DNA of 64,000 bases from the NCBI GenBank assembly GCA_010405405.1, contig MU004232.1:1259481-1323480 (forward strand), in the 5' to 3' direction. The position numbers and the translations under genes were made by a program. Source of the stretch: Microthyrium microscopicum. Lineage: Eukaryota. Below, in pieces: positions 1 through 12,095 of the stretch; positions within the stretch are counted from its first letter, which is position 1, and each line of letters starts with the position of its first letter. Below the pieces are notes generated by a model. That model was given only the letters and a program-made list of their open reading frames with translations. It did no database searches and was not told where the DNA came from.

Positions 1-450
1 CTCCCATCAGCCTCTTTGGCGCCCAGACGCTACGCTCTTTGATCGAGTTATTTTTTGCCATAAAGGATATCCGATTCGAATGCTTCATCGAATGCAATGG
101 GAAGCATGGCACCTTTTGCTTAAGAGCGTTGGTGGTAGCCATCAGAGTTGATGGGAGAACGCCATTTGTTTTGCCATGCCATTAGCGTTATACCGTACTT
201 GAGTAGAAGTGATAGCGAGATGCGATCCCTCAGTTGCTCCAGAACTAATTGCTTCACTCATCCTATGAAAACAAGCATCTCTTGGCTCCATTCGCCTTCA
301 AAATAATCCGAGTTTCATGCCATGTCCATGCTATTCAGGTCAAAACCGTAATATATACACCCCGCTATGCAAAATATGCTCAACAAAAACACAATATACA
401 GTGTCCATGAAACACCCACCAATGTTATACCCACCGTGATCCATCGCTGT

Positions 451-1119
451 CTACCCAGGGCTAAGCGGCCTATTGAATCCACCCGTCCGATTCATGTACT
501 GGCGATACTCCGTCTTGACCTCCTTGCGTACTGCATAGTTTCTATCGTTGCCTGGGACCTTTGTGTTCTTCGTCGTCCTAAAGTCTCCGAAACCCATGAC
601 TTTTCTAAGCATCGCGTCCTCGTCTTCCTCATCTACTCCATTCTCCATTTTCACATCGGATACTTTAGCGTCGCCGTTTGCCTTGCCTTTGGGGCCGGTC
701 GGTGCGCCTTTGACGCTGGGTGTAGTACCGTTCGTCTTGCTGCGTGGGCCACGATCTCGTTCCCGGTCATTGCGGTTATTTCGTATGGGCGATCGCGTGC
801 GGACGGCACCACTTGTTCGACGTGGAGATCGTGACCGTGCGCGGGAATCATCTGCGGATTTGTTAGTCTGCGTGTTGCCTAGCGTTGAACGATAGTGCGT
901 ACGTCGCTTGTCCCGATGGCCCTCCCGTCTTGCTGGCCGCGCCTCATCATCTACCTCATCACGCGCCTTGCGCTTTGTGTTTTCGCGATCGCGATGCCTT
1001 GGTGGAGACCGCGAACGAGAGCGTCTTCGTGATTCCGGTTTGCGGTCGTGTCGGGAGGAGGTTTTGGTGTTGTCGTGGATGTCTGGGCGAGGAGCGCGCT
1101 TAACGGCTGTTTCAGCCAT
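451..1119 (-). CDS. SNRNP27: U4/U6.U5 tri-snRNP 27 kDa protein (DUF1777 family)
   Basis: RS/RD-rich N-terminus plus the conserved C-terminal motif MGFGDFRTTKNTKVPGN...EYRQYMNRTGGFNRPLSP. Confidence 0.9.
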   Translation of the reverse strand: MAETAVKRAPRPDIHDNTKTSSRHDRKPESRRRSRSRSPPRHRDRENTKRKARDEVDDEARPARREGHRDKRRTHYRSTLGNTQTNKSADDSRARSRSPRRTSGAVRTRSPIRNNRNDRERDRGPRSKTNGTTPSVKGAPTGPKGKANGDAKVSDVKMENGVDEEDEDAMLRKVMGFGDFRTTKNTKVPGNDRNYAVRKEVKTEYRQYMNRTGGFNRPLSPG

Positions 1120-1553
1120 GACGCTGAGCGGTGGTAAATGCGATGTGCCTCAGCGAATATATAGATAGGCAACAAGGCGAAAGTGCTGGTAATGGAGCAG
1201 TGTCCTGTGGCTGAGCGGTCGAGGATGGAGATGAGGCGACAGACAATTCTGATGGTTTGGTGAAGAGGGTGACGTCGTTGGAGATGGATCTATGAGTCTG
1301 AGGAGGAAGGAATCAGGATGTAAATGTTAGAAGGTGTGTTGTAGGCTGGAGGTGATTACAAGGTCAAAAAGATTGCAGCCGTGGTTCAGACGTGAAGTTG
1401 GCCAGAAAAAGCGCAGGCACGTGATGACACAGCAGGCTCCTATATAAAATTCTTGAGATCACTCCACCAAAATGAAAACACAATCTGATGAAGTGATTTA
1501 TAGAATAAGAACAAGAAGGGTCATGAGAACAATGTAGGATATACTAGCTGATA

Positions 1554-2646
1554 TCAGATCTCATCCTCCTCCTCATCAAAATCATCCTCCGCACCCATAT
1601 CATACAAAATCCGCCCTCCCAACCCACCACCCTCCTTCTGCGCATCAAAATACGGCAACACAACCTTCTCCCTATCCCGTCTCTGCTCCTCCGTAAGCCC
1701 CAAATTAAACGTCGAATCCATCCCCTCGCCTTCCTCCCGGCCATTATCCAACGCAGGTTTTGGATACGCAGCGTGATCTTCTAGCAATACCACATCTTCA
1801 CTCCTTCCCCGTAAATCCCCCATTGCTCGTAACTCTCCATCGCCAGTAGCAGTAGTAGTAGCCACAACAAACCACTCAACAACACTCCTCCCGCTCTTCC
1901 GCCTCTGCTCCATCTCCACCACCACATTGACCGCACTATTACTCCCCGCACTAACCACCACCCCATCCACGCCCGTCTCCAGCCCAAACGCTGGTTCCGC
2001 GAGACTGCGGTCGCGCGCTATTTTACGTGCTACGGTGTGCGCGAGGGAGTGTGTGGTTAGTATGGCAGTCGCCATATATCGTAGTAGCGTAAGCGCGTCT
2101 GCCGCGTAGACATTCGCTGGTGCTGTGACAGGGACATCGGCGTGGACGAGCGCGACGATGGTGGCGCTTGGTGATAGGAGTGTGCCTAGGAATGGGGCTG
2201 GTGAGAAGGTTGGTTGGTTGAGGAGGGGGTGTAGGGTGTCGAATATTAGAAGTGATTCTGGGAATGTTAGTATGGGGTAATGGGGATTAGGTGGTGGTGG
2301 TACTGCGTGATGGTTGGATTTTGGTGGTGAGGAGTCGTTGGACTTCGAGGTGGGATTTGCCATGGCATGGGATAAAGTCATCGACTTGGGCTGGTTTGCG
2401 AACTGTTTCGAAAGAGACGAATGTGATGTGGACTTTGGATATCTAGATTTTGTTAGCTTTGTGGTTGTGAAAATGTTCTTGTGGAGATACCTTGGCTCTT
2501 GATATGATTTTTGTGAGGAGTGGCCATCCTGATTGCTGGAGAGAGTCGAGGATTAGCGTAAAGGGTGAGACTTGATCTCGGCAGCTGAGGATTCGGTTTA
2601 TTAGTAGAAGGTTATGGGTTCTTCGGTGTTGAATTTCAGCCGCCAT
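1554..2646 (-). CDS. ELP5: Elongator complex subunit 5 (Iki1), 3 exons (2646-2491, 2442-~2303, ~2256-1554)
   Basis: N-terminal SPFTLILDSLQQSG; C-terminal STFNLGLTEEQRRDREKVVLPYFDAQ...GGRILYDMGAEDDFDEEED typical of Elp5; GT-AG introns join the frames. Confidence 0.85.
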
Positions 2647-3702
2647 GCCAGAATACGATTAGACTTTGGTGATGTGTTTGTTGGGTTTGAGAAAAATTCA
2701 AAAATTTGGAGTTAAAGATTGCCGGCATCTTGACATTAGTCCACCAAAGGCTTTGGTATCACGGCTGTCTTTGCTTTCTTCTTGAGCACAATGAGGATCT
2801 GAGATGAACAAATTGTATATGGTCTAGGCCCAAATGCGTATTATTGACGCTTTTCGGTCCATCTTTAATGATTCGACATGTACTCGTTGCCTTGACGCAA
2901 TTTGTAGAGTACTATGTTAGTACTAAACAGGTAGGTACATACCTGACTGCCATCTACTCACATCACATTTATATTTTGATCAACCAAAGGTTCACATTAG
3001 CATCAAAAACCAAAATTAAATGTAATCCACTTGATTTCGCATACAACAATACACTGTCCTGGCACTACAAATACCATTACCACTTTACCCCAATAGAACA
3101 TTCCGCCCAAATGCCATGCCAGATTGAACGCGGTCCCCAATAGCCACCCCAATAGTTTTTAGTCCGCCACTAGCATAACCATTTGAAATTATCAACAGGT
3201 GAAGAGCTTTGAATCGCAAGCTTCGGCCCTCTGCAAATAGAAGAAGAAAAGAAAGAAAGTTTGTCCCCCAGATGATGATAACTGTTGAGATATTCGTGAA
3301 CTTTAGCCCAGTCACATGTTTGCGCCGTCCCAGCCAATCCGAAAATGAGTCAAGAATTTGTCGTGTTAAGTATTCGTGAGAATTTTGAAAGAGGAGAAAG
3401 TGTTTGCTGTATGCTGCCTATACCGGGAATGTTGAGATGGGAGCTGACGACCTGCGTGTCCGTGGAAAGGTGAAAAATTAAACATAACCGGGATTTTGAG
3501 CAGAGCAGTGGACACGTCAAGCGTTGATTATATGGATCCTGTTTCAGTTTCCATTCGATCAGGAATGATGACGTCGATCAGTCGGCGTACACTTCAAAAG
3601 TGCTGGATGATTGAATATTGTCTTGCGGCGTAGTGAGTCCGAGGCCTGTATTTCAATAGTCTCATGGATTTTGGTTGAAAATGTGTTCTTGAAAGACTAT
3701 GC

Positions 3703-5748
3703 TCAGGAATGGAATAGATCCCATGCTTCTTCGACAAGACGCAAGAACTTTTCCTTCTTAGCAGCTGTTGTCTCTGGGCTGTCTCTTAGCCCGCCTGGAA
3801 TGGGCCCATTGGTTGAACGACGAGGTACGGGTCCATTGCCAAGAGGTGGGCTACCATTATCCCTTTCATATTCGTCCCGATCCCGGCGTCGTGAGCCGGA
3901 AGGCATTGAAGACAGGCTTGGTCGTGCAGTATGGGGTTGAACTGGAATATGGTGGTGGTTGTCATTGGAAGATCCTGAGCTCGAGACACCCAATCCATGA
4001 GTCTTATGTGGGACGGGTGATGGTGGAGTTGGGGGTTGATGGCCTCCGTAGTGCACCATTCGTGGGAGCAATTCTTCACGACCGCCAGTCAGCGAGCGAA
4101 CGGCCTCTTCAGCCGAGTTAAACTGACGAGGGCGACCAGGTTGGGATGTCTGTTGAGGTTGCTGAGCACCACTGTGTGCTTGAGCTTGCTGCTTCATGTG
4201 GGCCTGTTGAAATGACGGGGGGTAACCTGGAGAAGGGAGTGGAGCTTGATGCGAGTGACCGGGGCTCAGATTATAGCTCGTGGGGCCCCGCATTTGGCCA
4301 TTTGATGTAAGTTCTCCAGGAAACACGTCTCCGATTGGAGGTAGTCGATTACTAGTTTGAATGGCTGGAACATGGTGAATATGGGAACTGTGTGAGAGAT
4401 TGGAAGGCTGGTTGACAACTTGGCGTGTCATTGGGGCATCAGGATTCTGACGGAGACCAGTAAAGGATGCGCCTAGAGGTGCAGATTGAATGACTCGCTC
4501 ACTGGCAAATTGTGCCGCGGTAGGAGGAGCGATTGAAAGCATTGGTGGTGGGCCCTTTCTTCTCGAGGTATTTCTGTTTGGCTTGAAAAGCGCATCTGCA
4601 GCATTTTTGGGTTGGTCATTTTCTCCTGGTGGTTTCTGACCCTTTTGTCTGGCCTCTATTATCAACCGTTGCTGATCTCGTACGCTTATGCTTCTTTGTA
4701 GTTGTTGTTGGACAGCGGGGTCGCTGGTATTGAAACCTGGGGAGAGACAGGCGGAGAGTATATCCTGCATTGCAAGAGGATCCTTGGAAGTAAGTGGGCG
4801 ACCAGACAAAGCACCAGGACCAACCGAGTTCATGTTGGGATTTGAGAGATCGAGGCGACGCGGTCGGTGTCCTGATCGGGAGGACGAGAGTTGTTCAGGG
4901 GATGTGGGCTCCTTTTTGACGACAACTTTAGGAATAATGTGAGAGGATGTTCGGCTCCTGTAGTAGAAAGGTTAGAACGTGGATAGAAGAGACAAAGGGT
5001 CTCAAAATGTAGAGAAATGGATGCACATGGCGAGGCCCAGGAAATTGAGTCTAGAAGCAATGAAGCCTCGGTGCTTGATGTATGTGCAGAGTATAGACGG
5101 AAAGGAAAATGAGCTGATGATAGGCTGCTGGCCTGGAACAACTGCAGTTGCAACCCTCAATTGGCACATAGAGAAGGTACGGCCTACAGCGGGGGCAGGA
5201 GCAGTCGACCGAATCCCAACAATCAATCCAATGCGCTTTCCCATTCTGCTGGAATTAGAAACTGCAAAGGAAGAGACTTGGCCTGGGGTGCTCTTGCCAT
5301 CTGAGCTTCTGAATGCAATCGTGCTTGCCATACATTCACCATGGAACATATCGTAGCACACATTCTCTAGCAATACAATTCCCCAAGATGCCTTGCCATG
5401 TCCCGAATCCGACATTGGCAATTCATCGAGAGCACAATTGCGACTGCTCAAGCAGTACCGCCAGCACATCCAGCAAGCAACGTCCCAAGTCTCAATTTCA
5501 ATGTTCCAGCAGCACGCGGAGTAAACACCAAAACAGGAAAAGCATCACTGGTACAACTGCACTTACAAGTTTGGCGACCGTTTGTCCTCGGATGAGGTTT
5601 TGCGTAACCGTGACTCGCTCATCATCGGCGGACTGTGGCTACTGTTGTTGGATAGCGAATGTTTTGAACTCCTTACTGGGGTGGACGATTGCATTGTCAC
5701 ACCGGATGGTGCCAAATGAGCCGGCGGAGCTGCGATTGCCGTAGTCAT
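3703..5748 (-). CDS. Conserved Pro/Ser-rich fungal protein, possible Dig1/Dig2-like MAPK-docking regulator; exons 5748-5567 and 4957-3703
   Basis: GTAAGT donor at 5566, CTAAC branch point and TACAG acceptor at 4958 join ORF 5563-5748 in phase with the 376-aa ORF; motifs RPRRLDLS and RRKGPPPMLSI; C-terminal KKEKFLRLVEEAWDLFHS. Confidence 0.7.
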
Positions 5749-7155
5749 CGTGGTCGAGTATTACAGTGCGAAACGGATAGAGGGTGGTTCTGAGCAGGCC
5801 TGGGCCCGAGACGACGGTGGAAGTGGCCGAGAAGATGCGATGGACGACTGGAATGCAAGGAGGCGGACGTTGATATGTACACCTCTCTTTGGTCTGGGGG
5901 AGTCTAGGACAAGACGGCCGACCTGCCTTTTTTAGGGTCGGGGTGTGCAGTTATGCTCACACGAGTCGAACAAGCGTGTCTGCGGGCGAATGCACTTGCG
6001 ATGCAGTCGATGACAGGCGGAAGAAATCAACAGCAACAACAAAAGAGCGCTGGACGGGAGAAAAGGGCGACGACGAAGTGGTGATAGAGAATTGCAAGAG
6101 TTGAGCAGAGAGACAAGAGACTAAATTTGGTGAAGGGGTTTCGTTGGAAGATGAATGGGATGGATAGTCGGATTCGAAACCGCCGGGGGGTGAATGACGG
6201 GGGCGTGCAGGCGATAAAAACGATTTGAGCACAGCTCTAAGCTGGACCCAAAACGAACAAGGCTCTGGCAGGGAGGCGTCTGGCCGTTTGGGAATGGGAT
6301 GGTTTGGCACTGATGGTTTGGCACTTTGGCACTTTACTACTCTGGAATTGGTTGCGTTTATCCTTTGCCAGAACATCGACAAGTCCACCCCACGGCCCTT
6401 GAACTCGAGTTGCTCTAAGACTTCTAAACAGTCTAAACATCTCCCTGGCTCGGTGGCTCCTAGCCTCGAGCAGCGCGATGCAAAGCCTTGATACTCCTCT
6501 GTCCAGCATTGAGGGGAACCACAAGCACCATGAGACACTAGGGGTGGGGATTATCCTCTGTATTAACACCCTAGACGGCCCCTGATCCTTCTTCAATTGC
6601 TGGATTGTGGGTGGCGCATAAAGCTGTTGGTTGTCAACCAAATTGTGTGGAGAGAAATAGGGAGGCCGATCAAAAGACCACTGCAACTCCATCTCGGTAC
6701 TGGAAACACCATCAAAATCTCTCCACCATAACCATCACCAAATATATTCCATCGCCCCCTTGCCCTATTTGAGACCATCGGCATCCCCTGGGAGCCAGTG
6801 CATAAGCCTGCGAGGCCAGCAACTGAGCAGCAAGATGTCTGCGAAACCTCGTCGTCGGCCTGCCGTGTCTGCGTGTTACTCTGAAGAGTCGTGGTGGAGC
6901 CGCCTTTCCCTGGCAGTCGCGACATCGCTCTCATCTAGACGCTTTTGAATATCTGATAATCGTGCTTCTATGCGAAATACTGCCTCAAGACGATTATCTC
7001 CACGACCCAAAATTGCGGGTTGGTGGTGTAGTCACATTACCCTCTCACGTTGCTAACTTTACCGCGAGAGCCCCATCTGCCGCCTTAACGGTGGGACGCA
7101 AGCTGGCGCGAGAAAGCGGCGAATAAATTTTTTGTTTCAACAATTGTTGTGTTTG

Positions 7156-7176
7156 CACACACACACACACACACAC
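7156..7176. repeat. (CA)n microsatellite, about 10 units
   Basis: cacacacacacacacacacac read directly. Confidence 0.9.
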
Positions 7177-9205
7177 GCCGCACCGACGGCCATTCCGACC
7201 GCGGTCCATGCGTGCTTCTGTTCTGTTTGACTCTTAAAGGTTGAGATCTGAGCCTCTTTACTCGACACCAACCAGTCTCAAGGCAAAGACCCACGAGACA
7301 GCGGTGCTGGGCCGCCAACCTCACCATCGTCGCCAGTCCCACCAGGATTCGCGCATAACTGTCCATGAGGCCGTGAGGGGGCTGCAGATGCGGAACCTGG
7401 CCACTGTCCAGGTGTTCTTCATCGCATCTGCAACCCAAAGCGCCGGCCAGGATCTGGGATAGCGCCCATGCTGTTTTCCTTTAAGGCTCGTAACTTTTGC
7501 TCAAAAGTTTATGCTCTCCTCTCTCACCACATTGTTTTTCCAACTGCACACTAGACTGCTGCATACAGAAAACCGCCGAAGCGAGCTGTGCCTCTAGCAA
7601 AACTGCAGAAGCGGGCGCCAACACTTTTCGTCTATCAAAATGCTACTAGCACATATTGCCGCCACTGGTAGCCAATTGCAAGTGCTGCTGACGGTTGCGT
7701 ACAGGGCGTTGAAACAACGATTGTGTGAAAGTGCTGCGCTCCTCCTCCTTGCCCACCACTCACCATGCATTTTGCTGCATAATGCACCAAAATGCGAAAC
7801 ACCCTACCCACCATGTCGCTTGAACGGTCAATAATGCAAAAATATTCATCTTGACAAGCGCATTATTATTCCGCAACGTGGGTCTGGTGGTTTTCCAAAG
7901 CTGAACCTAATTTGCGGTGATTCAGCACAAATGGGATATGTTTGCGACCAAATCTACAACTCCCAAAAACACGATGTTTTACAAAAGTTACAACAACAGG
8001 GAGCCGTGTCCAAAGAATTCAAGGATCCTTCTCTGATTCTTTTCAAGATGCCGTGCAAGCCTGAGATCACCATCAGGGTCCAGGCGACCAGCTTAACCCC
8101 TGCTTGCTCTCTGAGTCTTTTCAAAATCTGAAGCTTCGCTATCGACCAAAACGGACAAGTCTCTCTTCCAATTGCGCGGACGCCTAACAGTAATCGGCCC
8201 ATCTTCCCAGTTCTACGTTTCGCGATCTCTTGGGTTCCAAGGCCAGGACACTAAGATTACCGGTTTTACTTTTTTCTTGTCCTGACAATTCGGTCAACGC
8301 GGAGACGACCCAATTTTCTTGTTCGCGATCCTTGTGACACCAGACAGAGCCTGGTCCACGTCGTGAACTTGTGGCGGGTTGAGATGAAAAGTGATATGGA
8401 TTATGCGCAAACTGGCGCGTTCCTGAGAGTCCTCGAGCCTCAAAATGGTCTTGCACCATGTCTAGAGATTTTCTAGAAACATTCAACAAGAGACAGGCCA
8501 GCCAACGCAATGATCCTGGAAGGTCATGCTATCTCGCTTTCTGATACTTTTACATTTCCCGTTTCTGTATCCTTGATTCGTAAGTAAGATACTCTGTTCC
8601 AAACAGTTTACTCAGCCTCGAGCACCGCCACGCTTTGTTTTAGGTTTGATACTTGAGCTACAGTCGTGAAGAACCTCCGACTTCAAGTTCATGCGTGGAA
8701 CTCGGACATTTCCGCCTCTCAGAATAGATCACAATGGAGACGATCGTGGTTCCACCACAAAAGTCTATTCTGGTTATTCTGCATTGCCCTTGGTTGTGCT
8801 TTAGTGAGCGGAAGAGATACCAATTACCCGCACTGGCTCTCAGACATCTGACCGATACAAAAACATTATCACTGGTATACCTGTCATATCCAGTATGCAA
8901 CTCTCAAGTATTGATACTTCTTCGAACCTTCGAACTACTTTCTAGAAGTTCGACCGAAAATGGAATATCTAGACAACCATCGGTACGGAACTCCCATGGT
9001 CAGTAACGATTTTTCCAATATTGGTATATTAATAGTGCTCCAATCCCAGCCTATAGCGTTATAAGAATGTGTTCTCGAAAATTTGGACAATCCACAACAC
9101 ACCAGAACTCTTCTACTGTGCTGTATTGCTACAAAGTAGCTCACTAAACTTCCATATATACGGTCCATATAGCGGTATTTCCGACCACACATCTCTAAAA
9201 ATTAA

Positions 9206-9220
9206 ATTTCCGAATACTTT
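9206..9220 (-). promoter_or_regulatory. Candidate cis-element AAAGTATTCGGAAAT (CGG-containing), copy 1, upstream of hydrolase 1
   Basis: Exact reverse complement of 10884-10898; about 130 bp upstream of ATG 9347 and just upstream of a TATATA box near 9259. Confidence 0.5.
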
Positions 9221-9346
9221 AGGTCATATCCAGCTAGGTAAACATAGAATAGCTTTGATATATATGAATTTCGCGCCCACACATCCAACCTCACTTTCTC
9301 TGTAAACAACGCTTCGTAGCCCATAGTGACCAACTCATCCACCGTC

Positions 9347-10335
9347 ATGAAATCCCTCCTCGCTCTCACGCTCACCAGCGTCGTCCTCGCCCAATCCCCC
9401 GCCGCCATGGGCGAAGCCCAAACCGGCATCTTTGGCAGAGGCAACGCAACCGCCCAACCAAACCTCTCCGGCGGCGCCGGCCTGCCCTCCCTAGCCCAAA
9501 TCACGAAAGACATGCAAAACCAGCGTGAACCCGACACAACCGGCGGATCAGGCGCCTACAAAGCCAGCGCCTCCTCCATAGCCAGTCTCGCCAACCACAC
9601 GCTCTTCGCGCCAAAGACTCTTCCCGCCGACATCAAGTTACCAGTCGTCCTCTTCGGCAACGGCGCATGTGTAGGCGATCCAACACAATTCCAGAAGTTC
9701 CTCACGGAGATTGCGAGCCATGGATATTTTGTGATTGCGAACGGGGTGTTGGGCGCGGGCTTTGGAAGTAGTAGCAAGAACAATAGTCTGCCGGATGCGA
9801 TTGAGTGGGTGAGCAAGAATGCTGGGACGGGCGAATATGCTCATGTCGATAAGAGTAGACTGGCGGTCAGTGGGCAGAGTTGTGGGGGCATTCAGGCGTA
9901 TTCGGCGAGTTTGGATAAGAGGGTTACGCTCACTGCGATATTCAATAGTGGGCTTACGGTTGAGGCGAATACGGTGTTGTTTGATCAGTTACATGCGCCA
10001 ATAGGGTATTTTCTAGGTGGGCCGACGGATATTGCGTATGCTAATGTAAGTTCAAGTTGTGTTGTAGGGAGGATGGCAAAGCTAATGGGATATAGGGAAT
10101 GCGCGATTTTGAGAAGTTGCCGGAGAAGATTTCGAGAGTGGTGTCGAATTTACCGGTTGGGCATATGGGGACTTATTATGAATTACAGGGTGGACAGTTT
10201 GGGAAAGCGGCGGTGGCTTTCTTCAATTGGCAGATGAAGGGTGATGCTGAGGCGGGAAAGCAGTTCTTAGACACTGCTACTTCACCACTTGTTAAGGCTG
10301 GTTGGAAGATTGAGTCGAAGGGATTCAAGTCCTAG
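9347..10335 (+). CDS. Secreted alpha/beta-hydrolase (cutinase/polyesterase/chlorophyllase-like fold), paralog 1; intron 10046-10095
   Basis: Signal peptide MKSLLALTLTSVVLA; GNGAC oxyanion region; nucleophile elbow SGQSCGG; candidate Asp (GGPTDIA) and His (VGHMGT). Confidence 0.85.
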
Positions 10336-10883
10336 AAAATATGACTTTTTCAAAATCGTCAAGCCTTTGAAACCAGAATCAACAAGTGACCAGATACATA
10401 AGACTATCCCATCTGAGTCCATGGCTCATGCTGCACTCCAAGGCCTGAGTATACTTATTTCTTGTCTTCTTCAAGAATGCACCCTACTTTCCGCCTAGGT
10501 ACACTTCGATGGCATACAGAACACTCAGTCATACAGCCTAGCTGGTAGAAATCAGCGACATTGTTCAAGATATGCCATTTATCTTGTCCATCGGCCACAG
10601 AATCATATATTTGCCAGGTCGATTTTAAACATCACAACTCGGCGATGTCTGCCAAAGAGAGGACTAAATTGAATGCCAAATTGCCACCCGAAATCCGGGA
10701 ATCGATAGATTGGCCGTCTTGAGCCTCATAGTTTTGGCCGGAATTCCCGATCTAATTCGTCCTCTTGACCTAAATTGTCGTCAGCACATTATTGTATGCC
10801 ACGGGTACCTTCGTTACATAAACCTAAGTGCCAATCAGAATCCGACGTTACTTTCAACCCTATATTTTTAAATGGAACTACGC

Positions 10884-10898
10884 AAAGTATTCGGAAAT
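10884..10898 (+). promoter_or_regulatory. Candidate cis-element AAAGTATTCGGAAAT, copy 2, upstream of hydrolase 2
   Basis: 15/15 identity with the reverse complement of 9206-9220; about 105 bp upstream of ATG 11002. Confidence 0.5.
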
Positions 10899-11001
10899 AC
10901 AGCAGATGCCAAATATGTAAAGAGAAGGTCGTCTCTTCCAGTCAGCCCTGAAGTTTCTTGACCAGTTAGAACACCTTGAAAGACTTGCTCAAAACTTCAC
11001 G

Positions 11002-12095
11002 ATGCGCTGTGAAATATTCTCTCTCGCGATTCTGTTCGCAGGAGCTCAGGCTCTACCGCAAGCCCCGGCAGCGCCAGCAGCGCAGCCCAAAAGCATTAGT
11101 ATCGCTGATATTTTGGGTGCTCTGGCACAAATGATAATCGGTGGCCAACCGGGAGCACAGCCAGGAGGATCTATCAACACTCCTGAGGCGCTCGCGTCTC
11201 CAGGGACTGGAAAGTTTCGACCAGTAAGACATTCAAAGCCTGACAAAACTGTTCAGCGCGAACTAACATTTCTCCTAGCACTTTTTCAACGATTCCACAC
11301 TTCCAGATCATACCATCTACCAGCCTAAAGATATCCCAGCTGGTTTCAAAGCACCTCTTATTGTCTGGGGCAATGGCGGCTGTATCGCTAGCGGAACCAT
11401 CATGGCACCCTTCCTTCTGCAACTAGCATCCCAGGGCGCGGTAGTCATCTCCAACGGCGCACCAGGTGCCAACGGTACTGGTTCATATGCTAGCTTTGGC
11501 ACATTGGGACGTAGCTCCTCCAAGTGGTTGACTAACGCGATTGACTGGGCCGAGAAGAGTGCTGGCCAAGAGAAGTGGAAGCATATCGATATGACCAGAG
11601 TTGCTGCGGCGGGACAATCGTGTGGTGGCGGAGAAGCATATGGTGTTGAGACAGACCCTCGTGTCAAGGTCATGGGCATCTTCAATTCTGGCGGAATGGG
11701 ATTCGGTTCCAGCGCAAAGTCATTCACGAAACCCATCTTCTACTTCCTTGGAGGACCCAAAGACATTGCATACTCTCAGGTAAGTTTTTCTAACCGGTTT
11801 TTCTACAACTGAGTGCAGATAACTGACAGGAGTGCAGGGAACTGGTGACTACAAGGCTCTTCCAGCAGATCTGCCAGCATGGATTGGCAACTGGCCACCA
11901 ACTTCTCACGGTGGTACTTTCAATGAGGTCAATGGCGGTGTTTACGGCGTCGCTGGTGCTCATTGGGTCAACTACGCTCTACGCGGCGACAAGGCCGAAG
12001 CTGCCTGGTTCACTGGTGGTGGTGCAAAGAAGGACAACTGGACTGAGGTTGATAGCAAGAACATGGACAAGTTCACTCCTCCTCCACCACTATAG
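11002..12095 (+). CDS. Secreted alpha/beta-hydrolase, paralog 2; exons 11002-11223, 11279-11779, 11838-12095
   Basis: Signal peptide MRCEIFSLAILFAGAQA; WGNGGC, AGQSCGG, GGPKDIA and TSHGGT motifs collinear with paralog 1; last intron at the same position (after DIAY-x-x). Confidence 0.85.

Noticed and set aside
1..142. Open frame on the - strand running off the window edge
   Set aside because: Too short and no recognisable motif
7133..7716. Two TGAAACA (Ste12 PRE) sites upstream of the Dig1-like gene
   Set aside because: The same 7-mer occurs many times elsewhere in the window; not evidently enriched
5750..9300. Many 60-190 aa ORFs in the intergenic region
   Set aside because: Mostly non-ATG starts, no motifs and no consistent splice structure; treated as non-coding
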